A stretch of 64,000 nucleotides of DNA from Psilocybe cubensis (Eukaryota). Position 1 is the stretch's first letter. Every line of letters starts with the position of its first letter. The stretch is taken from the NCBI GenBank assembly GCA_017499595.2, contig CM039000.1, forward strand, positions 186,001 to 250,000, given 5' to 3'. Below the pieces are notes generated by a model that was not told where the DNA came from, searched no databases, and saw nothing but the letters and a program-made list of their open reading frames with translations. Made by a program: the position numbers and the translations under genes. Shown in pieces: positions 50,748-64,000 of the stretch.

Positions 50748-53700
50748 ATGCCTCCTTCCGACTTTGCAAAGGCCTCCATCCCCGATGTCCTCGCCAAACT
50801 GACAACGGAAGAAGCCATCTTACTTACGGCGGGTGTAGGATTCTGGCATACCCATGCTTTGGAAAGGCTCGGAGTACCAGCGATCAAGGTATGTTCGTTA
50901 TTGTCTCATTGCATATGCACGTCAGAGTCTCACTAACGAACGCGATTGTCCATACTTTGGACACTCGTTAGGTTAGCGATGGGCCTAATGGATTGAGGGG
51001 GAACCATTTTTTCAGGGGTACACCTGCAAAATGTCTTCCGGTAAGCAGTCGAATCTCTTTCTACCGATTCCTCGGCCTGTCTATTTCTGTCTTCCTGCTG
51101 CCTTTACGCTCTTGATTTCAAATATTTTTGCCTCCATGACACATCATACCCTGAACCATCTCTCGACTTCCTATATCGCATCCTGTTTGATCGACTTGCA
51201 ATCCCTTCATTAAATGTCAACTCACTCCCACCAATATTCTAGTCTTCAACCGCATTGGGTGCTACATTTGATCCTGAACTCATCCACGAAGTCGGAAAAA
51301 AACTCCTTGCCGAAGAAGCCAAACTGCGTGCTGCGTCATTGATTCTAGCACCCACATGCAATATACAGAGGGTATGTTCCTACCGGTTAACGAGAGCTGG
51401 ATTTGATGCGACGTTACGATAAACAGAACCCGCTTGGGGGACGCGTAAGTTCTTTTCTACAACATGTATAGATGTGTGAAGTTCTCATTCTCGCATTTGT
51501 AGAGCTTTGAAAGTTTCTCAGAAGACCCTTTTCTCTCAGGCCACATTGCGGCTGCATACATCAATGGTGTTCAAAGTGGGGGGATTGGAGCCACTATCAA
51601 GCACTTTGTGTACGTTTACCAGTGGTCATTAGATGTTACTTTCTCTAACGATATCACGTCCATTTCCGCGCCCGTTCATCCTATTAACATATCTCCTATA
51701 GCGGTAATGATAAGGAAAATGACCGCAACGGATATGACAGCATTATCTCTCCAAGAGCTCTGCGTGAAATTTATCTGATGCCATTCATGCTTGCGCAAAA
51801 GCACGCGCAGCCTTGGGCATATATGACTGCGTGAGTTTTTGCATATCATCGTTCTCCTTTATTTCTGATGACATTCACTGTTAGTTACAACCGCGTCAAT
51901 GGCATACACGTATCGGAGGACAATTTTTTGTTGAAAAAAGTTCTCAGGGAAGAATGGAAATATGACGGCCTGGTGTGTAACCCTGCTATAAACAATATAT
52001 TCTTTCCTTACGATCGTGGGCCAAATTCTAGATCATGAGCGACTGGCACGTATTATGTCCTATAGTTGCATTTGATCCACCTTTTCTAAATGTTGGATTC
52101 CTGTAGGTTTGGAGTTTACAGCGTATCCGATTCCCTCAACGCCGGACTCGATCTCGAGATGCCTGGAACTAACAAGTGGCGCACTATCAACCTCGTTTCT
52201 CGCTCGATCGATGCCCGCAAGGTGACCACCAGAACGGTAAAGGAGCGAGCGAGGAGAGTTCTGGAAGCCGTGAAGAAGTGTGCCGCTGGGGCACCCGAGG
52301 TACGTTGCGACTTTTAAAAATAACTCAGGCACTCGGATATCTATCATTGAAACTTTGACATAGATTCTGGACGGCGACGGTATTGAGCATACGGTCGATA
52401 CACAGGAGTCCAAGGATCTTTTGCGAAGCGTTGCTGCCCAATCAATTGTGCTTCTGAAAAATGAAGGTTCTATCCTCCCGATCCGCTTACCCAAAACCGA
52501 ATCAAAAAAGGCCAAAGTCGCCGTCATTGGGCCAAATGCGAAGGCGATCGTGTTGAGTGGAGGGGGGTCCGCAGCACTCAAAGCAAGCTTCTTTGTCAGC
52601 CCATTTGAAGGTATCTCAAGGGCTCTAAAAGAGGAGGGTAAGAAGGACGGTTTGGAGGTGGAGGTGACATACAGCGAGGGTTCCAGAGGTGCGCATTAAT
52701 CTATCTCGTTCATTAAAACGCTCTCATTAATTTCGTGAACACCGATGACCCCCGTCAGCATACAAGACTATGCCTTCACTGGACTACGACATCTTTACTC
52801 CCTCCGGAGAGCGCGGCTGGATAGCATCATGGCACGCCCATCTGAATGATGAAAGCATGGTGGCGAAGGAGGAAGTATACGAGGAGATGCTTCTAGACGA
52901 GACCCGCGTCTTCGTCAGCATTGATAAACCCAAGGGCATTACAGAACGATGGACAGTCAAGCTGAGGGGACAACTGAAGCCAAGGGAGAAGGACTGCTTG
53001 TTTGAGTTCGGGTTGACAGTCGCTGGACGTGCCAAAGTGAGAGTCGTGCAATTCTATCTGCGAAGCGAATGAGTCGATGATTGATCCATTGTTTGTCACT
53101 CTTCCCAGCTATTTGTTGATGGAAAACTCATCATTGACAACTGGACCCGTCAAGTTCGTGGTGAAGATTTCTTTGGCTGCGCATCAATCGAAGAGAAGGG
53201 CACTTTTGAGGCCAAGGCTGGGGTTAAGCACGATATCCTCGTCGAGTTTTGCAATGTGCGATCTCCTGCTGACGGGGACGAGGACGAGATGCTCATGGAC
53301 AGGTGAAATTTATCTTACTTCCATTCCATCATCGCAGCACCTGACACGATTATCTCCAATCAATCCTTTAGCAATCCCGGTGTGCGCCTCGGCGGTGCAC
53401 CTGTAGAAGATCCAGACGAGCTTATGGCTACAGCTGTACAGCTGGCGAAGGAAGCAGACATTGTCATCGCTGTTGTTGGCCTCAACTCTGACTGGGAAAC
53501 CGAGGGATACGATCGCACCACGCTTGCTTTGCCCGGTCGAACAGATGAGCTGGTATCGAAACTTGCAGAGGCGAACCCGAAGACAGTGGTCGTCACTCAA
53601 TCTGTAAGTATTTTTCCCATGACATATGGTCCAGAGTTGTATATTAAGCACCACTTTCACTTCATCATCAGGGTTCTGCGATTACAATGCCCTGGGCTGA

Positions 53701-54473
53701 GTCTGTTGCTGGACACATCCACGCATGGTACTTAGGCAATGCATCTGGGGACGCCATCGCCGATGTTTTATTAGGGAGACACAACCCATCCGCGAAACTA
53801 TCATTAACCTTCCCAAAGAATGAGAACGACGTACCTTCGTATGGTCACTTCCATTCTGAAGATGGAAAGATTAGATATTCGGAGGATCTGTATGTGGTAA
53901 GTTGTCCGTATCCTTATTTTTTCTCTTACATTATCTAATGAACGATTTCTGTGCGCAGGGATACAAACATTACCAGCATCGAAGCATCAAGCCGATCTAT
54001 GCATTTGGGTAGGTTTCATTTCTTGACAAATATATTTTGTTCTGATCATCCCCACCTTGATAAGCCATGGTCTCTCGTACACCACGTTTGAACTTAAAGA
54101 TCTTTCACTCTCTCAGCCATCTATAGCTGATTCGGAATTCTCTCTCACCGTGTCTCTGAATGTTACCAACACTGGCAACGTTACCGGATCCGAAGTCATC
54201 CAGGTATACATCGCCGCCCCAACGACGTCTGAGCTTACACACCCACTTCTCCAACTCAAAGGATTTGCGAAGGCCAAAAATCTGGCACCGGGTGAATCCA
54301 GAAAAGTTGACATCGTACTCGATAAGTACGCCGTGTCGTACTGGAGCGAGCTGTATGATACCTGGACCGTCGAGCAGGGCGTATGGGGCATCAAAGTCGG
54401 GACTGCGAGCGACAAATTGGTGTTGGAGGACAGCTTCAAAATCGAGAAAGGGTTTGAATGGAATGGTCTTTGA
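50748..54473 (+). CDS. Glycoside hydrolase family 3 beta-glucosidase (intracellular, PA14-type insertion, C-terminal Fn3-like domain)
   Basis: Spliced motifs [87 protein letters not shown] and QLKGFAK. No signal peptide. Confidence 0.96.
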
Positions 54474-55276
54474 TTTTGTTTCTCCACAGATGTATTCTTT
54501 GTTTGAGTCTCAAGTTGTGTATATCGTGAAGAAGAACCAAACTTTTGTATTGCTATGTTTCAACTTTCCAAGTAGTCTCGCCATGTTGATTGTAAAATTT
54601 ATTGTAACTTGTTGCTGGTTATAGATGTCGTTCGTGGTATGTTCCACGTCCCTTTTGCATTATGTGTGTTTCTATCAATTCATATTTCATACATGCACAG
54701 CTAGGTGACTAATGCATTAGATGTGAAATGCATGAACGGTCTTCCGATGCCTCTCGGAATACACACATTTAACTTGAAACGAGTCCCATTTTTGGACCAT
54801 TAAAAATTTGTTACTGCCACTTCCACCTATGATCCAAACTTTGAAAGCCAGTCGTCTGAGGAATCGTGATCAATGTGTCTTTTGTAACATCTTGTGCCAG
54901 CTGCATCAAAGCAAGATGGCGTATTTGCCATTGAATGGATAAAATTACATGTTTATTTGAACATAGACATCACTCTCTCCGAATCGGACTCCCAGGGTCC
55001 AATATAACATGACAGTGATCTAAACATAAAACAGGTGTCAGATAAAATAGTTAAATTTGGAGGAACAATTTTGCTACTCGTATTATCCAAGCTATATGCT
55101 TCACCCCTAGGCAGCCTCGGATGGTGGACTGCACATCCGTAGAGCATTATCCACTAAGGTGAGTTTTGTTGGATATAAAATTAGAACCCCTCGATTGATA
55201 TAAATGAAGGTGGAACCACTGGTAAAATCAACATCATTTAGTCCAAGAAACGACACTTCAAATCTCAGTCTCAAAG

Positions 55277-55836
55277 ATGAAATTTCTCTTCCTCTCTTCC
55301 TTGATTTCCCTTGCTGGATCTGCTTCAGCGGCAAGCCTGAGTTGTCCGGACGCCTCTCGCTTTGGTGTGCCGACAGTCACACCTACCACGGTGAAAGCTG
55401 GCGACGTAAGTTTGCATAGTTGTATTGACGAGAGAACTATTCGTGCTTACAATAATTACAACAGTCTATTTCAGTCTTTGTAGACCTCACCTGCGGAGTG
55501 AAGAACTTCGGCTTCATCCCTCAGTTCCTTGATTACTCCATTGAGGTTCCAGCTAACGAAAACAATGGATTCGAACAACCGATTATTCTTGCACGTCGTA
55601 CCATTGCGTCTGGTACACTATCTGACTCGTTCACGACTACAGTAAGTGAATTTGCACACATCATCTTTAAATTGAAAGTATTGCTTATCGACCTCCACCA
55701 GGTTCCCCATGCCTTCTATTTTGCCAATGCGGCTTACAACATCATTGTGGGAAATATATATAACATAAATGGAACTGACGGAAGCCCTGTGCTTGTGAAG
55801 GGAGACGTGTTTATTCCTATTACTATCGAAGTTTAG
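55277..55836 (+). CDS. Small secreted 2-Cys protein, family copy E
   Basis: MKFLFLSSLISLAGSASAASLSCPDASRFGVPTVTPTTVKAGD...DLTCGVKNFG...DYSIEVPANENNGFEQPIILARR...GTDGSPVLVKGD, with the same two introns. Confidence 0.9.
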
Positions 55837-57062
55837 ACCTTAGCTGTAGTATGATTATGAATATGCCTCGATCCTTTTTTGCGATTACAATCTGTCTTCG
55901 ATCTGTCTGAAATTAGGAGTTGGCAAGTGAAAGAATTCTAAGATGTTGGGATAGAAAGTACACACCTATAACAGCAAGCCTGGTGTATCCAATGGCGAAA
56001 CACAACCGCTCTTTACTAATACTATGTAATACAAAAATAGTATAGAATCCGGATCAAACGGAACTCTTGTGCCGTGAACGTTTTTTATAGCATTGAACAG
56101 TGAACGATATAACTGTTGGCTGCCTTAGCGTGATAATAAGAAAGGTACATTATCTACGAAATATTAGTGCCAGTGCGCACTGCATGGAGACTCTGCACTT
56201 GAATTAGGCTATGTAAATCCATGACGGCATCCAAATTGCGTTTGATACCGCGCCAATTTGCGAAGCTTTTTAACAATTAGCAGGGATTGCTGAAAACGAA
56301 CCAGGTCGACGTCTTTGACAAGTTTGTTTAACTCTCAAGTCTAATCCTCCGACATAATCCTGCGCGCCGGTGGATGTTGTGCACGAGGCAATGTACTAAA
56401 AGAAGAATCTCACACCTGATTGCCCTAGATAATCGAAGAAGGGATGATATAGCTTTGTGTACGATTGTTTTTTGCTTCCTGGTTTTCAGTATGCCAGTAT
56501 CCGCTGCTTAGCTATACGACGTTTTTATAAGCCCCGTTTTGACACCTGATACCCGTGTTATCCCGAGCTGAAAAAATGAGGTGGTGGGAGGAATACTTAG
56601 CTACACATGTGTCGATATTAGCATGGAAGGGGACAAAGTTGCTTAAAATCGAATTTTAAAAGGTGGTGGGCGTTGGAAATTGCAAGGACTATCGAATCGC
56701 AGTTAGGGATTGTAGAGGTTCCACACAGGAAATATGGGAAGGAGGTAAAGGAAGACCCTAACATGTCTGCCTCGAGGTTCCGACACAGGTAATTCACTCA
56801 GCCACCCAAACACGGGCCGCGGAGAATAAGAGGAGCTAGTGCCTATGTGTGGGATAAAATACGATGTGTACAGCAGCAGCACCCATACACGATTCAAAGG
56901 TGAGTCATAAGTCGAAAACACGACACTGGCTAATTAGCCTGGGATTTTTCACATTCGTCGCCACTCATGGCCCTGTGGTTTGATCAAAAGGCATCCCCTG
57001 TGTATTGATTCCCCTCAAAGCCTCATCTGCGCTTCACTCCTTCCCTTCACTTGCTGATAGTC

Positions 57063-58395
57063 ATGGCCGACCACCAAATTTCGTCCTCAGATATATCATG
57101 GAAGGACTTCATGCCTGGGTTCTTCGACGATCTGTTCAGTTGTACATGTAGGCAAATAACACAATAACACTGAAGATTTGGCTCACTAACCGTCTCATTG
57201 TCTCATGCAGCACCCGAACAACTTTATGATAAATATCTGGGACCAAGTTGGAGGTATAACGAAGATTTTTGGAGTGTCGATGCGTGCCTCCAAGCAGGCA
57301 ACAACGGTGGCTTCAATAATACCGCATTTCCTATACATCATGGTTCACCTTTAGTGATGTACTCACCGTCATCATCCATATCCATAACACCCTATTTATC
57401 CGAGGGAGGTGAGATGGTAGTACCGCCCCTCCCTATATGCCAAGGTGTAGGTGAGCATTTGATCAATGAGTATGATCACCAATGTGTGTCATTTTCTTAG
57501 ATACAGATTACTATCTAGCTAATGAACTTGTTTTTTACAGTGTCACCAGAGAATCTCCCTCGAGGAGACGTTCACTTCCCAGCAAATCACAATTACTCCC
57601 ATGACTCTGTATATAATTGGAGCACTCACTTTCCAAGATATACGTTGTGTGATACGCTCAATCAACCAGCATTCGAGGATCCTAACTCGTTGGAATCAAC
57701 GTCCCTCATGTATGATTCAATTCAGTACCATACCATCATGCTACTTGTAGCTGACCAAGATAGTGTATCAAGCGACTTCCCGGCTCCATTTGGCACGCAA
57801 TCATTTAACGAGAGTGCCCTTAATAACTTCGCATTTTCAAGCGGGAGCCAAAATTGTCAAGACGTCGATTATCTGACCCGTAAGCACTTACTTCCAGTGA
57901 TCAACAGGTTTTTATCCATATTTACCTGTGGTCAATAGCCTCTTATACCATTGGAGAAGGGTCAAACACCTACAACAATATATCCATCAGCGAAAGGCAA
58001 TACTCGGTGGATAAAAGCTCCAGGGATCTCCCCGTCGAGCATCAACAAAGTAAGCCTGACAGCCATGGAAGGTATGTGCATGTTTTTCCCCTTCTCGGAT
58101 GGCATTTGTTAATGGTCTCCGATTGGACGTGCCCAGTAACAGGCTATGCGAGAATTCCACGGATTCTCAAGCAAGGTATTAACCTTTACTTCATTCTCTG
58201 TACACTGTAGACAAAGTTCTGAAAAAATTGGACCTTGCTCGCAGTCGAACAGTCGAACAGCCGGTGACCGAAATAAGTTCGGAAAAGAGCCAAGGTCATA
58301 TCCCCAACTGCATGAAGGGGTTTGGCATCAGTGTCACCCGAGAGCGCAAGCAAAGGCGAAACGACAACCGGTTCGTCAACCTGGCCGGGATCTAG
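57063..58395 (+). CDS. Hypothetical multi-exon low-complexity protein with basic C-terminal motif (paralog of 61730-63462)
   Basis: ATG 57063 (MADHQISSSDISWKDFMPGFFDDLFS) and several short introns. The last exon encodes EQP...QGHIPNCMKGFGISVTRERKQRRNDNRFVNLAGI*. Internal exon structure only partly resolved. Confidence 0.55.
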
Positions 58396-60351
58396 GTGGA
58401 GAAAGGGTGACCAGGGACCAAGAAAAAGGAGATGATCCACATACCGTAAGTGTTCTGTTCATTCACAATCACACACCCTGACAAGCACCTCTCTCGGCAG
58501 TATACACCCGCATGTGAGAAACAATGCTGCAGCGCAGCTGGTAGCGACTATAGGGATGAGGGATCCAAAGGTGGTCGACCCAGAAAATGGTAATGCGTCA
58601 AGCTCACCATTTTCTTCCGGCCTATGTGACCTCAATGATATCGATGGCCGAGTGCGTGAGAATTTCATGCACGTCGGCAGTTGTGCTTCTTGACGATCGC
58701 TAAAAAAGGCGACTATAGTTTCAGTAGATTGTATTCAGATTAGCACTCAATAAAAATACTTCTTCATTAATATAACAAATATTTCAATGAACTACACTGT
58801 CTTGCATGTTTTCAAATGAAATTCTGGTGAGCTGAGAATAATGGTCAATCATGTGTATAACAACAGATCGGACAATTTGATCATGAAGCCGCAAAGTTGG
58901 TCGGATTAACAACAAATTGAGATACAAAATTCACTGCACTGATCTACAAAATGTTCTATTATTCAATCACTACAACAGTCGGTTCAGCGACAATGTTGAG
59001 GAATAGTAAAGACAGATGTTTTTCGTGAAAATACAGATCAAATACACAGCTTAATAAGCCAAAAAATCGACGCTTCCACACCATCAATTGGAGGGCGAAG
59101 TGCAGGTGCCATAGGCGAGTAGTCAATCCTTTCAACAACCTTATTTGTGCAAAATGTGGCAGCTTCCTGTACATACCATCCATTTAAGCGTAACAATGAA
59201 TTGAGACGCCAATCCAAACAAAACACTTGCAAGAACCTAACGAATAATACCACCCGCAGATCAGTAGATACGCGGAAGCACGACTAGGGGTTTAAACACT
59301 GCGTTGGTGATCCAATGACTTCGACAGAGTAAATAACTAATGTCGTGTCGCAAGCCAAATATAAAACCCAGGGATGCATCGAGGCAACATCGACGAAGCA
59401 AACACACAGGTATAGCTTAGATTTGAGGTCTAGGTAAATTGTATTTGCGTTGAACAGGGTCAAAGCCAATCCGATACCCGAGCACTTAGAAGTGAGACAA
59501 GACACGGACAACGCGGCATTATACAAGTAAAAAAACACAGACCGTATAGGGCAGAAAACACAATCGGGACCCAGGACCTTCATGAAGGCACAACGTACAA
59601 GAAGGCAGCCCAACAGAGAAGAGCCCAGAATATTCAACGGATCCACCCGTATACACAAAGAGAGGGAGATGAACCAAAAACGAGTTCGATGATCCTGAGA
59701 GAAACTTCATGACAGAACGCGACGCCGCAGAGGTGTGAAGAACAGCACAGAAACTTGACAAAGTTTTCCATGGTCCACAGTATTCGCGCTATACGTGGAT
59801 AAATGCAACTGCTTGGTATAATGTCGACCACGCCATGTCAATGGATTAACAGCGTAGCTATTCATCGTATATCTCGCTTTATCTCGGGGTCATTGACATG
59901 GTAAGGCTGCAGTAAGCACCAAACAGCGGGAAATAGAAATGGAGATAGAATCACAGTGCAAAGAGCACTCACACGGACATTAAGTCTAGAGGACGACGTG
60001 GTAGGTCTTGTAGATTTGCCAAAAAACATGTCGAGTGTACATGCTGCCCACAACGCAGAAAGTCTCATTGTGTCTTTTTGTGTCGCGTGATAACTTCGGG
60101 TAGATTAAAAACGCATCGGTACCGAGTTCCTCTCTGCCGTGGTAGGGGACGAACACAGTGGAGTGGTGATGGTAGAAGACAAGAGTTGCGTGACCCTGGT
60201 AACGCAATACAGAAAAAGCTTTGGCCCGGATTGACCCGGTCTGAATTTCAAAAAAAATCATTACGCTTGCGACTCCGCCTTTCGGCAACCCACTGCCGAC
60301 ACTTATAAAGACCCGTTGCTGGCGTGCCAGACCCTACATTCGGATTTCAAG

Positions 60352-60670
60352 GAACTCTTACAGCTACTTTCATATCAATAGACCTAAAATGAAAATATAC
60401 ACATACAGACGGACTTTGAACCTGTTGTAAGCGAGTCATTTCGGCTATGTTTCTATTTTGAGCTGACTTTGAACAGTGGTACGATCTTCAACGATGCGTC
60501 GACATATTGCCAAAGTCGAGAAAGAAATGGCCTTAAGAATGTCATTGGAGTGAAATCTGAATGAAAAAAAACCTAACAACATCCAATCTCCGCCAATTGA
60601 AATTTCATTCTCCGTATATGTGTAAATTTTGACATTAGGCCTATCGATATGAAAGTAGCTATAAGAAGTC
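60352..60670. repeat. Degenerate inverted repeat (~55-bp arms), possible old MITE
   Basis: CTTACAGCTACTTTCATATCAATAGACCTAA... versus ...TTAGGCCTATCGATATGAAAGTAGCTATAAG. No TSD seen. Confidence 0.55.
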
Positions 60671-61729
60671 ATCCAGCCCTATTGAGCCTGCTTCTGTTGT
60701 TCATATCTGAGCTATCTAATCAACCGTATGAAACTGAAAGAGAATGACTACTTGATACTCATTGACATTGAACCTTACCCATAACCGTCTAATGGCTCAG
60801 AAGAATTTGCAATGCAGTACGTGTGCCTTCGAACATTGTTCTTGTTCGTGTAAAAAATGACGCTCAGAAGCGAACGTACCCTGCAGTAGTCTGTAATGCA
60901 CAAGTTGGGGCCTGAGTCTGGTCGGGCACTTGAGTTCGTCTTTGTGGGACCATGCCCCGTTCCCGCTTCATCTCTTCATTCTTTACGGTGTAGTACTGGA
61001 ATCAAGATTTGGCGAATGTGCCGCGCTCAAATAAGCGCACACATGTAGATCCGATGACGGCATCTAATCTATGTATAACAACGATATTAATTGTTGATAC
61101 AGCTTGTATCCTCCAGTCCGGTAGCAGGGAAGTGCGAGTGTCTTGAAGAAATATCAGCATTGATTTCTTCTGTGCAATGACATTCTTATAAGCTCCGTCT
61201 GACAGCTAATACCCGTATCCACCCGAATCGAAGAGTCTGATAAGACAGAGAGAGCTAACCTGTGGAGTTGTGTAGGGTTGGTGAACGGCCTACCCGCGTG
61301 TCTATTCCACACACAATACGGTGAAATCTCATTTGACGGGTCTTTAGTATCTCCTAGTTGGTAGGAAATCAGTCGGTATCAGATTCTTGCGATTGCTGAT
61401 CCTATCCTGGTCGTTTTTCACACAGCAAAGAAGAACAAAGGAACTGCAGCGCCGAGGAGAACTCTTCTTCTGCTCAATTAGGTCTAGTTCCTGAGCATTG
61501 GCGATAGTAACCGATGGGAGTCGACAGATGTAGAATACACAGTTTCGATGCAGTAACAAGCATTTTTATGCGTCATAGCCAGCACTTGTAAAGAAATGTT
61601 GAAGGCCAGCAAACACCAGGCATGCAACTCGGGAATAAGGTCGAACGGAAGAATATATAATTCCCCATGAGATTTGAATGTAGTAGCCTAAATAAGAGCG
61701 GCGGAAAATGAGAGGAGGTACGTCGCCTG

Positions 61730-63462
61730 ATGGATACCTCATTGTGTGTATGTGTGGGAGAAAAAAATGATGTGAACAGAAGCAGCGCTGATAGACGAAC
61801 AGGTGGTGAGTCAGAAGCTGGAGACACGGAACTGGTTAGTGAGCCTGGGACTTTTTGTGTCTGTCGCCACTCGAATCTGTGTTTTGAGGGGAAGGTTCTG
61901 TCCTTACTCTTTTCACACAATTTTGACTCTGTCCCATCTCCCCCATCCTCCTTTTCATTTGTCCCAATGTCTGAGCACCAAAACGAATCCTTTGATGTTC
62001 CTTCACAGGAAACCCTTTTTGTATTGTTGGCTGCCCTGTACGAGTCGGAATGTGAGTATTGCAGGTGGTATTGTGGCCAGAGCTTGTAGCTGATCGCCTC
62101 TGCATGCCGTCGTAGCACCAGAGTTACTTCTGCAACAGTTCCTGCAGTTTCTGGAACAGGAAAGGAGAGAGAATACCTCTCAAACTCCATTCCAGTGTGG
62201 TTCAAGCACGGAAGTATCATCACACATACCATTATCCACGGCTTCTTCTGGATTTGATGGTCACGATCTCAGCGCTACGTGTATCCGTGAGTCTTTGCAC
62301 TGAATCCACCAACAAAATTCTCAAGGAAGGTACCAAATACAGCACCTTATTCATCTCCATCGACATCGTCCACAGGTTCATTGTCATTCCATCGCGTGAA
62401 TGAACAGTCTCCTGAGATATCATACCCATGAGACCCTTGTGCTCCCTACATGCAAGATGAGGTATTGGATCAGCATAATTTGCAAAGTGAGCCGGTTCCA
62501 CCAGAGTAATAATTCTATGCAAAACTGACCTTACCCGTCAGCGAGAACCCACAGTTCCCCACCGGGTCATACTGACTCTGGTTGGGATGCTCTGCCACAA
62601 GACACATTGTGGCCAACAAACCATGTCCCAGTATTTAGGGACAATTATCCTTCTTCCTTCATGGAAGCACCCATTGGCGCCTCAGACAACAAACTGGGCA
62701 TCATGCAAGACCCAATGCTCCCACCAGTTCTCGCTTCAATGCCCACATATGAATTTGAAAGGCCGGTGGAGATCCCAACTGGGCAAGTGTCCACATCGTA
62801 TGAGTGAATTTCCTCTTGTTTTATCCAATGCTAACCTTCCGTAAATTTACAGACACGGCATGGACACTGCGTCGGTGACTGCTAATGAAGCAGAACGCAG
62901 CATCTACGACAACTGGCCTCTGATGCAGTTGTCATTCCTTCCAACCCCGAGCAATCAAGAAGGAAGCAACTATCCAGCCTGTATGTCCTTCAATCCCGTT
63001 GTTTTGGGTCTGTGAACTGACAAATTCTTTTACTCTTTTTCATTTATGTAGTCTCAAATACATTAGGAGAAGGTTTGGATGGTCACAATTTAAGATCCAC
63101 TGACGACAGGCAAATCGTCGCAACTCAGTGCTCCGGGGATCTCCCTGTTGAGCATGGTCACAGCGAACCCAACGTAGATGGAAGGTATGTGTATATCCGC
63201 CCCTTCTCCAGCAGTAAATATTAACTTGGATTGTCCACAAAGGGCATATGAGTCTATGGCAGAGCCGTATGCCAGTGCAGTAACATGGACAAACGATTCC
63301 ATGCAGCTGCCCATCGCACCGGAGCAGCCTACTCCGAGCACGTCCCAAATACAAGGTCACATCCCCAACTGCATGGGGGGCCTCGGCCTCAGCGTCACGC
63401 GTGAACGCAAGAGGTGGCGGAAAGACAAGGGTATTCGGTTTGTCAATCTATCCAGCACCTAG
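61730..63462 (+). CDS. Hypothetical multi-exon low-complexity protein (paralog of 57063-58395); 5' end uncertain
   Basis: Introns ~62803-62852, ~62982-63050 and ~63185-63242 give an open frame ending EQP...QGHIPNCMGGLGLSVTRERKRWRKDKGIRFVNLSST*. Confidence 0.55.
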
Positions 63463-64000
63463 ATTGGAAAACCACTACCACGGCGGCGGCGGATAAGCGA
63501 GGCAAAGGAAACAGGATCAAAATCTGTATACCGTAAGCGTTCTGCTCCCTCGCAGGAAAAGAATATAACAAGTACCTGAACACTTTTCACAGATGCGAGA
63601 CATGCTTCAGCGCGGGCCTACAGGGGAGGGGGGCATCGAGTGGTCGAGCCGGTAGACAAAGGTGATGCTTCACCGCTCACCTTTTTCCCCGTACGACCGC
63701 GATATCGATGGGCCGGGTGCGTGGGAGTTCCACGCACCATCTTCGAGGCCGAAATTTAGTCGGATAGCGGTCTTTTTGTAGGATTATGATCAGATCAGGG
63801 CGCAATAAATAGATTTCATCTATACGAGGAAACTGACTTTGTATCTTTGACCCCCAAAATTCCCTACAATACTTGACAAGAAGCATCGCACACTGGTTTT
63901 TTAATTTTTATTAACATGATATCTACCTTCACAAAATCTCAACTTATATTATTGTCTGCACTCTTATTAGATTGATTAGTTCGGTCCTAATCTATGTCCC

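Noticed and set aside
58950-60310. A-rich stretch with many short minus-strand ORFs, possible retroelement remnant
   Set aside because: No RT, RNase H, integrase or transposase motifs found by eye.

Overview
Eukaryotic, intron-rich DNA from a fungus, very likely an agaricomycete basidiomycete. The evidence is short 50-60 nt GT/GC-AG introns with CTRAY branch points, microexons, and the gene families present. Recognisable genes are a full-length ABCB/MDR transporter, a queuine tRNA-ribosyltransferase accessory subunit (QTRT2-like), a VBA/DHA2-type MFS transporter, an intracellular GH3 beta-glucosidase, an F-box-like protein, a Ser/Thr-rich single-pass membrane protein with a 1.6-kb intron, a tRNA-Glu(TTC) and several hypothetical genes. 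The most unusual content: (1) a five-member family of ~150-aa two-cysteine secreted proteins (one a pseudogene) spread over 24 kb with a shared TATA context; two copies lie in a ~1.37-kb inverted duplication around a GC-rich QTRT2/TE-remnant block, and their identity pattern suggests gene conversion. (2) An orphan Cys/His-motif protein upstream of the ABC exporter. (3) An intronless secreted beta-rich protein. (4) A pair of diverged paralogs sharing only a basic C-terminal motif. (5) Four non-autonomous TIR elements with 3-, 6/7- or 8-bp target-site duplications, plus two more inverted-repeat elements without one. All family assignments come from motif recognition, not database searches.
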